From: Vulcanimicrobiota bacterium
GTDB taxonomy: Bacteria; Vulcanimicrobiota; Vulcanimicrobiia; Vulcanimicrobiales; Vulcanimicrobiaceae
DNA length: 64,000 nt
Assembly (NCBI GenBank): GCA_963820825.1
Contig: CAWGBN010000002.1
Span: 320,001-384,000 of the forward strand
Direction of reading: 5' to 3'
Shown here: piece by piece, positions 42,766 to 52,812 of the stretch
Layout: the number at the start of each line of letters is the position of its first letter
How positions within the stretch are numbered: position 1 is the stretch's first letter
Notes under the pieces: model-generated
The model's input: only the letters and a program-made list of their open reading frames with translations
Told to the model about the DNA's origin: nothing
The model's database searches: none
Program-made: the position numbers and the translations under genes

Positions 42766-42804
42766 CCGCGCACCCAACGCACTCTTTCATTAACCGGAGG
42801 GACC

Positions 42805-45234
42805 ATGACTCGCATTTCTGCGGCGCTCGTCGCCGTTCTCATCATGTTTTCGTACGCCCGACCGGCCGTCGCAGCCGTGAGCGGGCTCGTTCGGGGAACC
42901 GTAACCATCGACGGTACGCCGGCCGCCGGAGCGGCCGTAACATTGGAGGGCGAGGGCTCGAAATTCGCAACCAAAGCGGACTCGAAGGGAGAGTACGTCT
43001 TCTCCAACGTGCCGTTCGGCAGATATCGCCTCACCGCAAACATCCCGAACGTTCCGCCGCTGCAGGTGGACGTCACCGTCACGAGCGGCGTGGTGGCGAC
43101 CGTCGATCTGCCGCTCTCCAAGTTACGGCAAATCGCGCAAACCACCGTGACCGCGCACGCCGGCATAACGAGCTATCCACCCTCGGTCCATCTAATCGAC
43201 CGCACCCAAATTCAAACGTCGCCCGCTCAAAATAGCCTCGATCGAACGCTCGAAACGCTGCCGGGCGTCATACCCTTCTCCTACAACGAGCCGGTGATTA
43301 ACGGATTCCACGGCGTGACCTACAACATCGATGGCGCTCCGCTGCCGCTGGCAACCACCTCGAACTTCGCCGAAATCATCGATCCCAAGATCATCGACTC
43401 ACTCGAACTCTACACCGGCGCGATTCCGGCCGAGTACGGTGGCGACCGGATGGGCGGCGTGGTGAACATCATCAGCAGCCGCCCGACAGACTTCGCCCCA
43501 GGCGTATACGGCATCGTCGAAGGGGGAATCGGCAATCAATCGCAGGGCGTGGGGCAAGTCGAAGCCGCCGCGCGCTTCGGTCAGAGCGAGGCTTTTCTGG
43601 ATGCCAATACCCAGAGCACCGCGCGTGGCCTGGACGCGCCGACGTTCGATGCCATCCACGATAACTCGTCGCAGAGCGACCAGTTCTTCCGCTTCATAAC
43701 ACAACTGACGCCGCGCAGCTCGCTGGCGTTCGACTACTCCAACCAACTCGCGCAGTTTCAAATACCGATCAACACCGACCCGAACAACCCGTACGACCCG
43801 ATCTATACCCCGGCCGGAACCGACGACGTCCAGCGCGAGTACGATCGGTTTTCAAACCTCAACTACACGCTGACCTCCAAAGACGGCAACGGCGTGCTGC
43901 AGGTCATCCCCTGGTGGCGCTCAACGCGGATCAACTACGACGGTGACCTTTTTAACGACGTGCTCGGAGTTACCCCAAACTTCAGCGCCGACGCAATCTG
44001 CTTTATGTGCGGCTCGCCGCAAGACGGCTCGGGCTCGGGCTCCGGCAGCGGCCAGCTGCATAACGTCGGCCTGCTCTCGAACACCGACGCAAGCTATATC
44101 GGCTTGCGCGCCTCCGACTTCCGCGCGACGAAGAACCACGCGTGGAAGATCGGCTTTGACGTTGACCGCGAATTCCTGGTCGCAAGCCAGGCCTTCGCCT
44201 GTTACTATCAACAAGGCTGCGGCGCGACGTACGGCACGCACGATCAGCCGTATTACCTTACCGCGCCCCCGCAGCAGGGGCAGGCGGGATCGCAGGTCGG
44301 CATTTACGGCCAAGATAGCTGGCAACTTTCAAAATACGTCCTCTTCAACTACGGCCTTCGCTACGACCACTCGACCGGATACACGAGCGGCAATATGTTT
44401 GAACCGCGTCTCGGTCTCAATCTCTGGGACGGCGGCAAAAATACCTATCACGTCTTCTACGGCCGGTTCTACGCGGCGCCACTGCTCGAGGACGTGCGAC
44501 AGGATTGCGTGCTCTTGCAAGGATGCACGGGCGAGCCGGTCTACAACCTGCTGCCCGAGCAAGACGCCTACGCCGAAATGGGCTGGCAGTACGCGTTCAA
44601 CCCCGCCTTTACCGGATCGATCAATCTCTTCCGCAAAACGTCGGTTAACGTCCTCGACACCACGGAGCTGCTCAATACCCCGCTCTTTGCGGTTTTCAAC
44701 AACGCGATCGGCATCGACAACGGTGCGGAACTCCGGCTGCAGCAGCGCCTTCCCAACAACGATCTCTGGTGGTTCACGATGACGTATTCCGGATCGTACG
44801 CCGCCTGCGTCTCCGGATCGACGTTTCTCTTTCCACCGAATACCAATGAACCCGGCGTTTCGTGCGTCGCTCAGCTAGCGCCCGAAGATCACGACGAGAC
44901 CGTCGTCTCGAGCGCGGCATACACGTGGCGCTTCGGCAAAGGCGGAAACTGGTTCACGACCCTGCAGGGTAACTACGGCAGCGGCTTCCCGGTCGCGTTC
45001 GAGAGTGCGAATGCGAACCTGAGTGGGCGCCTTCCGGCGCATACGACCTTCGATCTCGCGGCCGGGCACAACCTCGTCCTCGGCCGTCCCGGCGAAGACC
45101 GGGGCCTGGGCGTTCAGCTGATCCTCAACAACATACTGAACCACCAGTACGTCATCAAGGTCGCCAACGGGTTCAACACCACGCAGATCTCTAACGGCAC
45201 GAACTTCCTACTGCGGCTCTCGGCCCCGTTCTAG
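42805..45234 (+). CDS. TonB-dependent receptor with N-terminal carboxypeptidase-regulatory-like domain
   Basis: Signal peptide; GAIPAEYGGDRMGGVVNI plug motif; YGLRYD; C-terminal Phe. Confidence 0.88.
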   Translation: MTRISAALVAVLIMFSYARPAVAAVSGLVRGTVTIDGTPAAGAAVTLEGEGSKFATKADSKGEYVFSNVPFGRYRLTANIPNVPPLQVDVTVTSGVVATVDLPLSKLRQIAQTTVTAHAGITSYPPSVHLIDRTQIQTSPAQNSLDRTLETLPGVIPFSYNEPVINGFHGVTYNIDGAPLPLATTSNFAEIIDPKIIDSLELYTGAIPAEYGGDRMGGVVNIISSRPTDFAPGVYGIVEGGIGNQSQGVGQVEAAARFGQSEAFLDANTQSTARGLDAPTFDAIHDNSSQSDQFFRFITQLTPRSSLAFDYSNQLAQFQIPINTDPNNPYDPIYTPAGTDDVQREYDRFSNLNYTLTSKDGNGVLQVIPWWRSTRINYDGDLFNDVLGVTPNFSADAICFMCGSPQDGSGSGSGSGQLHNVGLLSNTDASYIGLRASDFRATKNHAWKIGFDVDREFLVASQAFACYYQQGCGATYGTHDQPYYLTAPPQQGQAGSQVGIYGQDSWQLSKYVLFNYGLRYDHSTGYTSGNMFEPRLGLNLWDGGKNTYHVFYGRFYAAPLLEDVRQDCVLLQGCTGEPVYNLLPEQDAYAEMGWQYAFNPAFTGSINLFRKTSVNVLDTTELLNTPLFAVFNNAIGIDNGAELRLQQRLPNNDLWWFTMTYSGSYAACVSGSTFLFPPNTNEPGVSCVAQLAPEDHDETVVSSAAYTWRFGKGGNWFTTLQGNYGSGFPVAFESANANLSGRLPAHTTFDLAAGHNLVLGRPGEDRGLGVQLILNNILNHQYVIKVANGFNTTQISNGTNFLLRLSAPF

Positions 45235-45254
45235 CGAGCCACGCCGCACCTAAA

Positions 45255-47681
45255 CTAGGGCCGGAATCGCACGCCCATGCTGAGCTCGCGACCCGGCCCA
45301 AAGTGATTGCCTTGGGCGTTGATCAGCGTAACGTAGTATCGATCGTTGAGCAGGTTTTGGACGTCGAGCGTCAAGGCGGCCTTGGGCCACAGCGCGATCC
45401 CTTCTTCGACGTCAAAGGTTGTGTGCGGCGTCTGTTTGCAGTATCCAGGCGTACCGGGCGGACAGAAATCCGAAGAGAGGCCGCTCCCGTATTCGGCGTC
45501 GGCCGAGAACCAGCCGCCGCGCCGGTCGTTGAGCAAGATCCCGCCGGTAACTGTATACCGCTGCTCGTGGTCAGCCGGCGTAAATCCCGTATCCTGTCCG
45601 AAGCATGGAGCGAGCAGCTGCGTTTCGCATCCCGCATTGAGCGAGACGACGTGAGCGAATGAAACGTACGCGCGGCCGTTGCGGGTTAGCGGCTGGGTAT
45701 AAGTGACGGCTTCTTGCGACAACCGCCCAAGGACGTAGTTGATGTCTTGATGCAGCAGCGTCGCGCCGACTTGCGTGTCGTCGATGAGGTCGTTCGCGTT
45801 CTTCTGCCAAATGCGAAAGCCGAGATCGCCGGAGCCGATCGGGACGTGCCCGCCGAACTCGAGCTGCGTGTCGCGTTCCGGCTTGAGATCGAACTGCGCG
45901 AGCGTACGCTGTAACGGCAGGTTGAGCAGATGCGCCGTGTACGGGCTCACGTTTTCGAATGAAAACGGCTCGAAGAACCGGCCGGCGTACGCGTAGAGGC
46001 TTGCCCTTCGGCCAAAAAGACGCGTTAGCTTGATCCGAGGGCTGAAGGCCCCGAAGCCTTGTCCGAAGTTAGGCGACTTGATGGTGAAGAAATCGTAGCG
46101 GATCCCATAATCGGCTTGCCAGCGATCACCCATGCGCCAGCTGTCTTGAAGGTACGTTTGGTAGGTGTTCCCGATATTTGGGGAATCGTCGACGACCGTC
46201 GCCGGCGCGAGGGGCGTGTTCGGGCTGAGAATAGGGGCGAGATAGTTATTGGGCTGTAACGAGATCGCGTAATACTTCAAGATGCGGCTGAGATCGTATG
46301 ACACTCCGGCTGCCACGTTATGCTGCCCGAAGACTTGAGTATAGTCCGCCTGCATGATGTAGTTGAGCTCGGTGCGCGTGTCGGCCAGCGAAACGCCGCA
46401 CATCGTCGGGAACGCGCTCGGATTTGCGGGAGCCAGCGTGAACGCGTTGGCGCAATCCGTGGAGCTGCCGCTGTTGCCGAATGGCGCCGGCGTACGATTC
46501 AGCGATTCGCCGTAGGTCCAATCGTTGACCGGATCGCCGTAATCTTGAATCCTCCCCGCGCTATACGCCGGGCCGTAGGTTAGCGCACCCATGCTTCCGA
46601 TGGCGTGGTGAAACTGTACGCCGAGAAACGTGTCTGCCTGCGTTTCGTTGTCGTCGGTATCGCCCGGTTCCCCGTAGGCAGTGTCGTTGGGAATCTGAAA
46701 GGTGCTGTGGCTATTGATAAACGTGATGTTGGTAAAGTTGTTTGCGCCCGCCGGTAGGGTAAAGCGAGCGAACTGACCCAGGGAGCTCGTATCGTTGTGA
46801 GGCGAGTTCCAATCGGGAGGGTCGAGTCCGCGCGTGCTCGTCAATCCGCTGAACGCTACGTCGAAGCCGCCTCCGCCTTCCAGCGGTGCGTGATAGCCGA
46901 ACGTGTACTGCGCGTTCGAGTACGATCCAAAGCTGGCGTAACCGTCGACTCCTGGCGGCCCGGTCCCCGCCCTCGTCGACAAATTGAAGATTGCCCCGAA
47001 TCGTAATCCATACTGCGCGGGGTACGCACCCTCGATGAGATCGACGAAGGAGAGGTCGTTGATGTTGATCTCACTGCCGATGTCTCGGTTCAGCTCCTGC
47101 GGCAGCTGCACGCCGTCGACCGTGTAGTTGATGACACCGTGGTCGCCGTTGATATGGACGACGCCGTTCGCGCCTTGAACGGCTCCGGGCATCTGCAGCT
47201 GCATTTGCGTGAAGTTGTTGTCGAAGGGAAGCCGCGTTAGGTCGGTACCGTTCAACACGACGTCGCTGCCGCTCCCATGGATCGCGAGCGATTGCGTTCG
47301 GCTAACGACCGCGTGGGCGATCTCCGTGAGTTTCGCAAGCGGGATGACGATCTCGGCGCCGCCGCCGGCAAGGTCGACCCGGACGAGTCCGAGCAGGTCT
47401 CCCGTTTTCGCCTCGACGTCGTACGTGCCCGGCGCGAGCGGCGGAAACGAGAAGCGTCCGGCGGCATCGGTCGTCGCCCTTACGGTTAGATTGTTTCCCG
47501 AGGCCGTGACCGAGACGTTGGGTGCGGGCCTTCCCTCGTTCGTCACCCTGCCCCGTATGAATGCGCTCGCATTTACCGCATATGCCGGTGATGCGCAGAG
47601 GAAAATTAGGAGAGCCGCGATCGATGCGGCGAGCGGCGCTCCGCTCGTCGCGCGCACGCAGGCGCGAAGCCATGACACCAT
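45255..47681 (-). CDS. TonB-dependent receptor with N-terminal carboxypeptidase-regulatory-like domain
   Basis: GAYPAQYGLRFGAIFNL, YGIRYD and QNLLNDRYY motifs. Confidence 0.88.
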   Translation of the reverse strand: MVSWLRACVRATSGAPLAASIAALLIFLCASPAYAVNASAFIRGRVTNEGRPAPNVSVTASGNNLTVRATTDAAGRFSFPPLAPGTYDVEAKTGDLLGLVRVDLAGGGAEIVIPLAKLTEIAHAVVSRTQSLAIHGSGSDVVLNGTDLTRLPFDNNFTQMQLQMPGAVQGANGVVHINGDHGVINYTVDGVQLPQELNRDIGSEININDLSFVDLIEGAYPAQYGLRFGAIFNLSTRAGTGPPGVDGYASFGSYSNAQYTFGYHAPLEGGGGFDVAFSGLTSTRGLDPPDWNSPHNDTSSLGQFARFTLPAGANNFTNITFINSHSTFQIPNDTAYGEPGDTDDNETQADTFLGVQFHHAIGSMGALTYGPAYSAGRIQDYGDPVNDWTYGESLNRTPAPFGNSGSSTDCANAFTLAPANPSAFPTMCGVSLADTRTELNYIMQADYTQVFGQHNVAAGVSYDLSRILKYYAISLQPNNYLAPILSPNTPLAPATVVDDSPNIGNTYQTYLQDSWRMGDRWQADYGIRYDFFTIKSPNFGQGFGAFSPRIKLTRLFGRRASLYAYAGRFFEPFSFENVSPYTAHLLNLPLQRTLAQFDLKPERDTQLEFGGHVPIGSGDLGFRIWQKNANDLIDDTQVGATLLHQDINYVLGRLSQEAVTYTQPLTRNGRAYVSFAHVVSLNAGCETQLLAPCFGQDTGFTPADHEQRYTVTGGILLNDRRGGWFSADAEYGSGLSSDFCPPGTPGYCKQTPHTTFDVEEGIALWPKAALTLDVQNLLNDRYYVTLINAQGNHFGPGRELSMGVRFRP

Positions 47682-47738
47682 AAGATGCTCCTAGCACAAG
47701 AGAGAGTTGAGTACGGCCGGCGAGGCCGCGCTAAGTGG

Positions 47739-47903
47739 CTAGGAGCGAGGCGGAGGACGGTTCCCCCGCGTTGATGCGAAGGTTGCATAGGTCGGAGTGA
47801 CGTCGGCGACGGCGAACCGTGGGATGGAATGCGCCGCGTGGTCGCACACCGACCCCGAGAAAACCAATGCCGGGCAGACCGGGCAGCCTCTCCAATGCTG
47901 CAT
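47739..47903 (-). CDS. 54-aa leader peptide with CxxC and C-terminal RPPP (DUF2946/CruR-like)
   Basis: Manual translation: MQHWRGCPVCPALVFSGSVCDHAAHSIPRFAVADVTPTYATFASTRGNRPPPRS*; not in the ORF track. Confidence 0.65.
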   Translation of the reverse strand: MQHWRGCPVCPALVFSGSVCDHAAHSIPRFAVADVTPTYATFASTRGNRPPPRS

Positions 47904-47905
47904 AC

Positions 47906-47922
47906 TTGCAACTTATTCGCAA
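47906..47922. promoter_or_regulatory. Imperfect palindrome TTGCAACTTATTCGCAA, candidate Fur-family operator
   Basis: 12 of 17 positions symmetric; lies between a TATATT -10-like hexamer (minus strand) and the leader ATG. Confidence 0.4.
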
Positions 47923-47968
47923 ATATAGCCGGGAGGACCTTTGGCTACCGGGAGTAGATTAAGATTTT

Positions 47969-49009
47969 TTGGAGCAGATGCACGACCTTAGCCGCGGAAG
48001 AGTGATCGTCACGGGGGGCGCCGGCCTTATTGGCAGCGCCGTTCTTTGGGCCTTGAACCGGCGCGGGATCGACGACGTTCTCGTAATCGACCGCCTGGAC
48101 GCTTCCGAAAAGTGGAAGCATCTGGTCCCGCTTCGCTTCATCGACTATATGGATGCCGATGAGTTCGAGCGCGCCGCCGAATCCGGGCGCACCTGCGGCG
48201 ACGTACGGACCGTCATTCATCTCGGCGCCTGCTCATCGACGACCGAGACCGACGTCGACTATCTCTTGAAGAACAACTACGAGTATACGAAGCGTATCGC
48301 GCGCTGGGCGATGGACGAGGAGGCGCGCTTCGTCTACGCGTCGTCGGCGGCGACGTACGGCGGGCTAGAAGCCGAGCTCTCCGACGAAGCCAACCTGCAT
48401 TCGCTGCGGCCGCTCAATGCCTACGCCTATTCGAAGCACCTCTTCGATCTCTACGCGGCGCGAACCGGACTCGACCAGCAGATCTGCGGACTCAAATACT
48501 TCAACGTCTTCGGTCCGAACGAGGACCATAAAGGCGAAATGCGCAGCGTCGTTCAGAAGGCCTTCGAGCAGATTCGCGAGAGCGGCTCGGTCCGGCTCTT
48601 CAAGAGCCACCGTCCGGAGTATCGTGACGGCGAACAGCAGCGCGATTTCATCTACGTCAAGGATGCGGTCGAGATGACCCTGCATCTCGCGGAGTCAGGC
48701 GCGACCGGGCTCTACAACATCGGCACGGGGACGGCGCACACCTGGCTGCAGCTCGTCCGGCCGATCTTCCACGCCCTCGAGCTTCCGGAACGAATCGAAT
48801 TCGTGGAGATGCCGGTTCACCTCCGCAACAAGTACCAATATCACACCTGCGCGCGGATGGAGCGGTTCTATGCCGGCGGCTACAATCGTCCGATGACGCC
48901 GCTCGCCGACGCCGTGACCGATTACGTAACCAACTATTTGGTGCCGCAACGGCCGCTCGAGCTCTCCGACGCTCCGGTGGCGGCCCCACTCCGACTAATG
49001 TCACCCTGA
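47969..49009 (+). CDS. rfaD: ADP-L-glycero-D-manno-heptose 6-epimerase
   Basis: VTGGAGLIGS, HLGACSSTTE, YASSAATYG, YAYSK and YFNVFGPNEDHKGEMRS motifs. Confidence 0.92.
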   Translation: MEQMHDLSRGRVIVTGGAGLIGSAVLWALNRRGIDDVLVIDRLDASEKWKHLVPLRFIDYMDADEFERAAESGRTCGDVRTVIHLGACSSTTETDVDYLLKNNYEYTKRIARWAMDEEARFVYASSAATYGGLEAELSDEANLHSLRPLNAYAYSKHLFDLYAARTGLDQQICGLKYFNVFGPNEDHKGEMRSVVQKAFEQIRESGSVRLFKSHRPEYRDGEQQRDFIYVKDAVEMTLHLAESGATGLYNIGTGTAHTWLQLVRPIFHALELPERIEFVEMPVHLRNKYQYHTCARMERFYAGGYNRPMTPLADAVTDYVTNYLVPQRPLELSDAPVAAPLRLMSP

Positions 49010-49027
49010 GCCTCTAGAAAGGATTCG

Positions 49028-49759
49028 ATGTCACAGTCCAACCGTCCCGAACGCCGCCGTCAACAACGCGGTGGCGCCGCTCCACCGCCGCGCCGCGACC
49101 CGATGCGACCGATCTACCTCGGCATCGGCGCCGCGGTTCTCGCGCTCATCATCGCGTTCGTGCTCTTCAACTGGTGGCAGGGCCGCGTCGCGCAGCAGGC
49201 CCTGGCAACGCCGACGCCGGGTACGAATGCCAGCGCGAAACCGATCCAAATCAGCAACGGCGAGAATCTCGGGACGAAGTTCGACAAGGCGAAGTATCCC
49301 GATACGATGCATGGAGGCCGCGGTCAAGTCGTCGACGGCATCGGATGCGGAACGCAAGAGTACGCAACCCTGCACGTACACACCCATCTCGCGCTCTTCT
49401 ATAACGGTAAGCAGATGCAGGTTCCGTCGTATATCGGTTTCGCGCCGAGTCTTGCAGGCGGATGCCTCTACTGGATCCACACGCACGACGGGAGCGGAAT
49501 CATTCATGTCGAGGCCCCGGACATCAATCCACCGCAGGGCGGCCCCTACACGCTCGGCATGTTCTTCGACATTTGGGGAGTCCCGCTGACGACGAACAAC
49601 GTTGCCGGGCTCAAGGGCCCCGTGACCGTCTACGTCAACGGCACGCCGTATCAAGGCGATCTGCACGCGATTCCGCTCGGCGCGCATCAACAGATCGTTA
49701 TCGAGGTCGGTGCGCCGCTGGTTCCGGCGCCGAACTACGCCTTCCCGCCGGGCGTCTAA
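49028..49759 (+). CDS. Membrane-anchored hypothetical protein with HVHTH and HTHD motifs
   Basis: One TM helix; LHVHTHL and CLYWIHTHDGSGIIHVE. Confidence 0.75.
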   Translation: MSQSNRPERRRQQRGGAAPPPRRDPMRPIYLGIGAAVLALIIAFVLFNWWQGRVAQQALATPTPGTNASAKPIQISNGENLGTKFDKAKYPDTMHGGRGQVVDGIGCGTQEYATLHVHTHLALFYNGKQMQVPSYIGFAPSLAGGCLYWIHTHDGSGIIHVEAPDINPPQGGPYTLGMFFDIWGVPLTTNNVAGLKGPVTVYVNGTPYQGDLHAIPLGAHQQIVIEVGAPLVPAPNYAFPPGV

Positions 49760-49765
49760 CGTACG

Positions 49766-50338
49766 TTAGCGCAGAACCTTATCGAGTGCGGCGGCGAGTT
49801 CCTGATACGAGAGCTCGCCGCTGTTCAGATAGGCGACCTTCTTGTCGCGCCCGACGATCGCAATCGTCGGGAAACCTCCCTGGAGATAGAGGTTGGCGAC
49901 GTTGAGCAGCGGATCGTACGCAACCGGATACTCTGCGTGAAATCGCCGCTGCCAATCGAGCACGTCGAGTTGCGACGACGCCGAGGTTCCGTCCATTGCC
50001 GTCTGGCTCCCGGATACCGCGACGAACCTCACGCGGTTACGGTACGCCTGGTAGAGGCGATCGATGACGGTGGTCTCGCGCTGGCAGTGCGGACACCACG
50101 TCGCGAAGACCTCGAGAAATACGGGCTCGTTCGTCTTGCTCAAATCGAAGAGTCCGCCGGTCGTCGAGACGACGAAGTTCGGCGCCGGTTGGCCCACCTG
50201 TGCCTTGCCCACGATTGGCGATTGCGACGCGTTCTCGACGCTTCGGTGCCCGGGGCCGAAGAGATAGTAGAGCACCGCGGCGACGAGAATCAGCACGAGT
50301 GCGGCGAGGGTCGTGACGGCGAGTTGACGACGGGTCAT
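49766..50338 (-). CDS. TlpA-like thiol-disulfide oxidoreductase
   Basis: FATWCPHC and GFPT motifs; N-terminal membrane anchor. Confidence 0.88.
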   Translation of the reverse strand: MTRRQLAVTTLAALVLILVAAVLYYLFGPGHRSVENASQSPIVGKAQVGQPAPNFVVSTTGGLFDLSKTNEPVFLEVFATWCPHCQRETTVIDRLYQAYRNRVRFVAVSGSQTAMDGTSASSQLDVLDWQRRFHAEYPVAYDPLLNVANLYLQGGFPTIAIVGRDKKVAYLNSGELSYQELAAALDKVLR

Positions 50339-50772
50339 GCGTTGCGAAGCTTTCGATCGACGGCAAGCGCGCCCGGCGCCGCCCACGCGACAAAGATGGA
50401 CGCACATGCGAGTGCAAGGTCGAACCCGACGTGCGGCCAATCCGCGACCGCCGCGTCATTCGGTCCGAAACATCCGCAGTTTGCGGCAATGTGGCGGAGC
50501 ACCGCCGACGCTACGGCGCCGGCATAACCGAGGAACTGCAGCGCGGCGATCGCCGCGGCGACGCGCGTGAAGAGCCCGGCGATCAGGTACGCGCCAAGCG
50601 CGGTTTCCAGGAAGGGGAGCGCCAAGGCGAGCGGCCCGACGATCTGCGGCGGAAGCAGCCGAAAGCCGGCGATGTTGGCCGCAAGCTCGGCCGGATGGCC
50701 AACCTTAAGCGCGCCTGCAACGACAAGCAGACCGCCCAAAAGAACGCGGATGATTAAGACCGCAGCCTCCAT
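50335..50772 (-). CDS. MauE/DoxX family membrane protein
   Basis: RVLLGGLLVVAGALK, LPFLE and NCGCFG motifs. Confidence 0.88.
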   Translation of the reverse strand: MEAAVLIIRVLLGGLLVVAGALKVGHPAELAANIAGFRLLPPQIVGPLALALPFLETALGAYLIAGLFTRVAAAIAALQFLGYAGAVASAVLRHIAANCGCFGPNDAAVADWPHVGFDLALACASIFVAWAAPGALAVDRKLRNA

Positions 50773-50848
50773 TGCGGAGCAGTCCTTTGCGCCCCGGCTC
50801 CCTCAACCCCTGGTAGAATAATCGCATGCGCCGAATCTTGGCGTCCCC

Positions 50849-51805
50849 ATGATCGCGCTGCTCGCGTCCGCGCTCTTAGCGCTCGTCCCCGTCCACGGGC
50901 TTCTCATCGAGAACCTCGCGGATCGTACGGCGATCGTCCGCACCGATGCGGTGGTCGGGATGTTTGCGGCGCGCACGCGCCGCTACCGATTCGTACCGCC
51001 GGTAACGCTGCGTGCCGGTACGACGCTCGACGCGATGCTCGATCCGGCGGCGAATCCCCCGGAGCTGCGCGATGCCGTCGCGGCCGGTGCCTTCGCGCCG
51101 GGATTGCCCGACGCCGGGCGCGTCGTTCCCGTTGCGCTTGGCTCGAAGCTTCCCAGGGCGATGCTGGTCGATCAGCAGCAACGCCCGGTCGAGCTCGACC
51201 GCGCCTTCAGCGGCAAGACGCTCTTGCTCTCGTTCGTCTTCACCCGCTGTCCCGATCGCACGCTCTGCCCCGCAATCAGCGGAAAGTTCGCCTATCTGCA
51301 GCAGCGTTTGGATCCCAGGCGCTTCGCGCTCGCCGAGATCACGCTCGATCCGCAGTACGACTCACCCGCCGTCTTGCGCGCGTACGGTGCCGCCTACGGC
51401 GCGCGTCCCGAGTGCTGGCGCCTGCTCACGAGCACGGGCTCGACGATCGTCCGCCTGCTCGATGCATTCGGGGTCAGTTCGATGCGCGTGAGCGAGAGCA
51501 ACTTTCTTCACAGCGACCGGCTCTTTATCGTCGCACCCACCGGACGGATCGCCGACATCGTCGAGACCGGCGAGTGGGATCCGGGCGGCGTGCTCGCGCA
51601 GGCGCGAGCGGTCTCCGGTCTTGCGAACAACCCCTTCGAGCGCTTCAAGCTTGCGCTCATCGCCAATGCGATCGCGCTCTGCGGCGGGAGTCAGTTCGCC
51701 GGGATCGCGCTGCTCGAGCTCTCGCTCTTCACACTGATCGTGCTGGCATCGGCGGCCGCGTTATGGACCGTCGCCCGCATCATCTGGCCGCGCGGGGCAG
51801 GATGA
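50849..51805 (+). CDS. SCO1/SenC family copper chaperone-like protein
   Basis: FVFTRCPDRTLCP, ITLDPQYDSP and distal His (LHSD). Confidence 0.85.
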   Translation: MIALLASALLALVPVHGLLIENLADRTAIVRTDAVVGMFAARTRRYRFVPPVTLRAGTTLDAMLDPAANPPELRDAVAAGAFAPGLPDAGRVVPVALGSKLPRAMLVDQQQRPVELDRAFSGKTLLLSFVFTRCPDRTLCPAISGKFAYLQQRLDPRRFALAEITLDPQYDSPAVLRAYGAAYGARPECWRLLTSTGSTIVRLLDAFGVSSMRVSESNFLHSDRLFIVAPTGRIADIVETGEWDPGGVLAQARAVSGLANNPFERFKLALIANAIALCGGSQFAGIALLELSLFTLIVLASAAALWTVARIIWPRGAG

Positions 51806-51841
51806 CCTGGACCCCGGAGCAAGGAAGCCTGGGCGCAGCGC

Positions 51842-52340
51842 ATGGACCAGCAAGCTTTCCTAGAGCATGCAATCGAGCAGTATGGCAAAGCGACCTATAA
51901 TTTTGCCTATCGCTTGACCGGCAATGCCGCCGACGCGAGCGATCTGACGCAGGAAGCGTTCATTCGCGTCTATCGGGCCTGGCAAAGCTTCAAACCCGGA
52001 ACGTCCTTCCTCTCCTGGATCTATCGAATCGTTACGAATCTCCACCGGGACGAACTTCGGCGCCGTAAGGGACGTTATCAAGAAGAAATCCCGGAGATCG
52101 CCGTTGCGCCCATCGAGGAGTACGTCGAAGGTCATCTCAGCGAACCCGTTTCCAAGGCCCTTGCCGAGCTCACGCCCGAACAGCGCCGAGATCGTCTTGC
52201 TCGCCGATATCGAGGAGTACAGTTATCAGGAGATTGCTCGGATCGTCGGATGCTCGGTGGGGACCGTCCGGTCGCGGCTCCATCGCGCCCGCGGGCAGCT
52301 CCGAAAACTCGTCAACCGCTATATGAAGTCATCGCCATGA
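51842..52340 (+). CDS. ECF RNA polymerase sigma factor (one frameshift)
   Basis: DASDLTQEAFIRVY, SWIYRI and SYQEIA...GTVRSRLHRAR motifs. Confidence 0.9.
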
Positions 52341-52812
52341 ACGAAACGCATCCAAGCACCGATCGCATCGTCGATTACCTGCACGGCGAGCTTTCCGCAG
52401 CCGAAGATGCGGCGCTACACGCGCATCTCGCGAGCTGCCGCTCGTGCGAAGACGTGCGCGCCGACGAAGTCGCGATCACCGAGGCGCTCCGCGCGCACGC
52501 CCGCGCCGCGGAGCTCGAGTTTCCACCGGGGCTGGCCACGGGAATTCGCGTCACAGCCGAACGGCCGAGACCGCATTCGCTCTGGGAGGCGCTGCGCGCC
52601 GGCCTGCGTCCGCGCCCCGCACTGATCCTTCCCGCGGTCGCCGTGATCGCGATCGTCCTCTATTTCGGCTTCGCCGGCCGGCAAGGCGCGCCGGTGCCGA
52701 TCGCGATCGATCCCTCATTTTACGTGCGAATCACGCGGTGATGGCTGCGAAAGCACCCTTCGCCCAAAACGACGCGCCGGTCGTATTGACGTCGAGCGAT
52801 GAAACGCCTTAG
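52337..52812 (+). CDS. Zinc-finger (HxxxCxxC) anti-sigma factor (frameshift near the end)
   Basis: DYLHGEL...HLASCRSC followed by a TM helix. Confidence 0.85.

Noticed and set aside
44025..44052. Low-complexity Gly-Ser repeat as a phase-variation tract
   Set aside because: In-frame with mixed codons, encoding a flexible loop; not a pure slippage repeat
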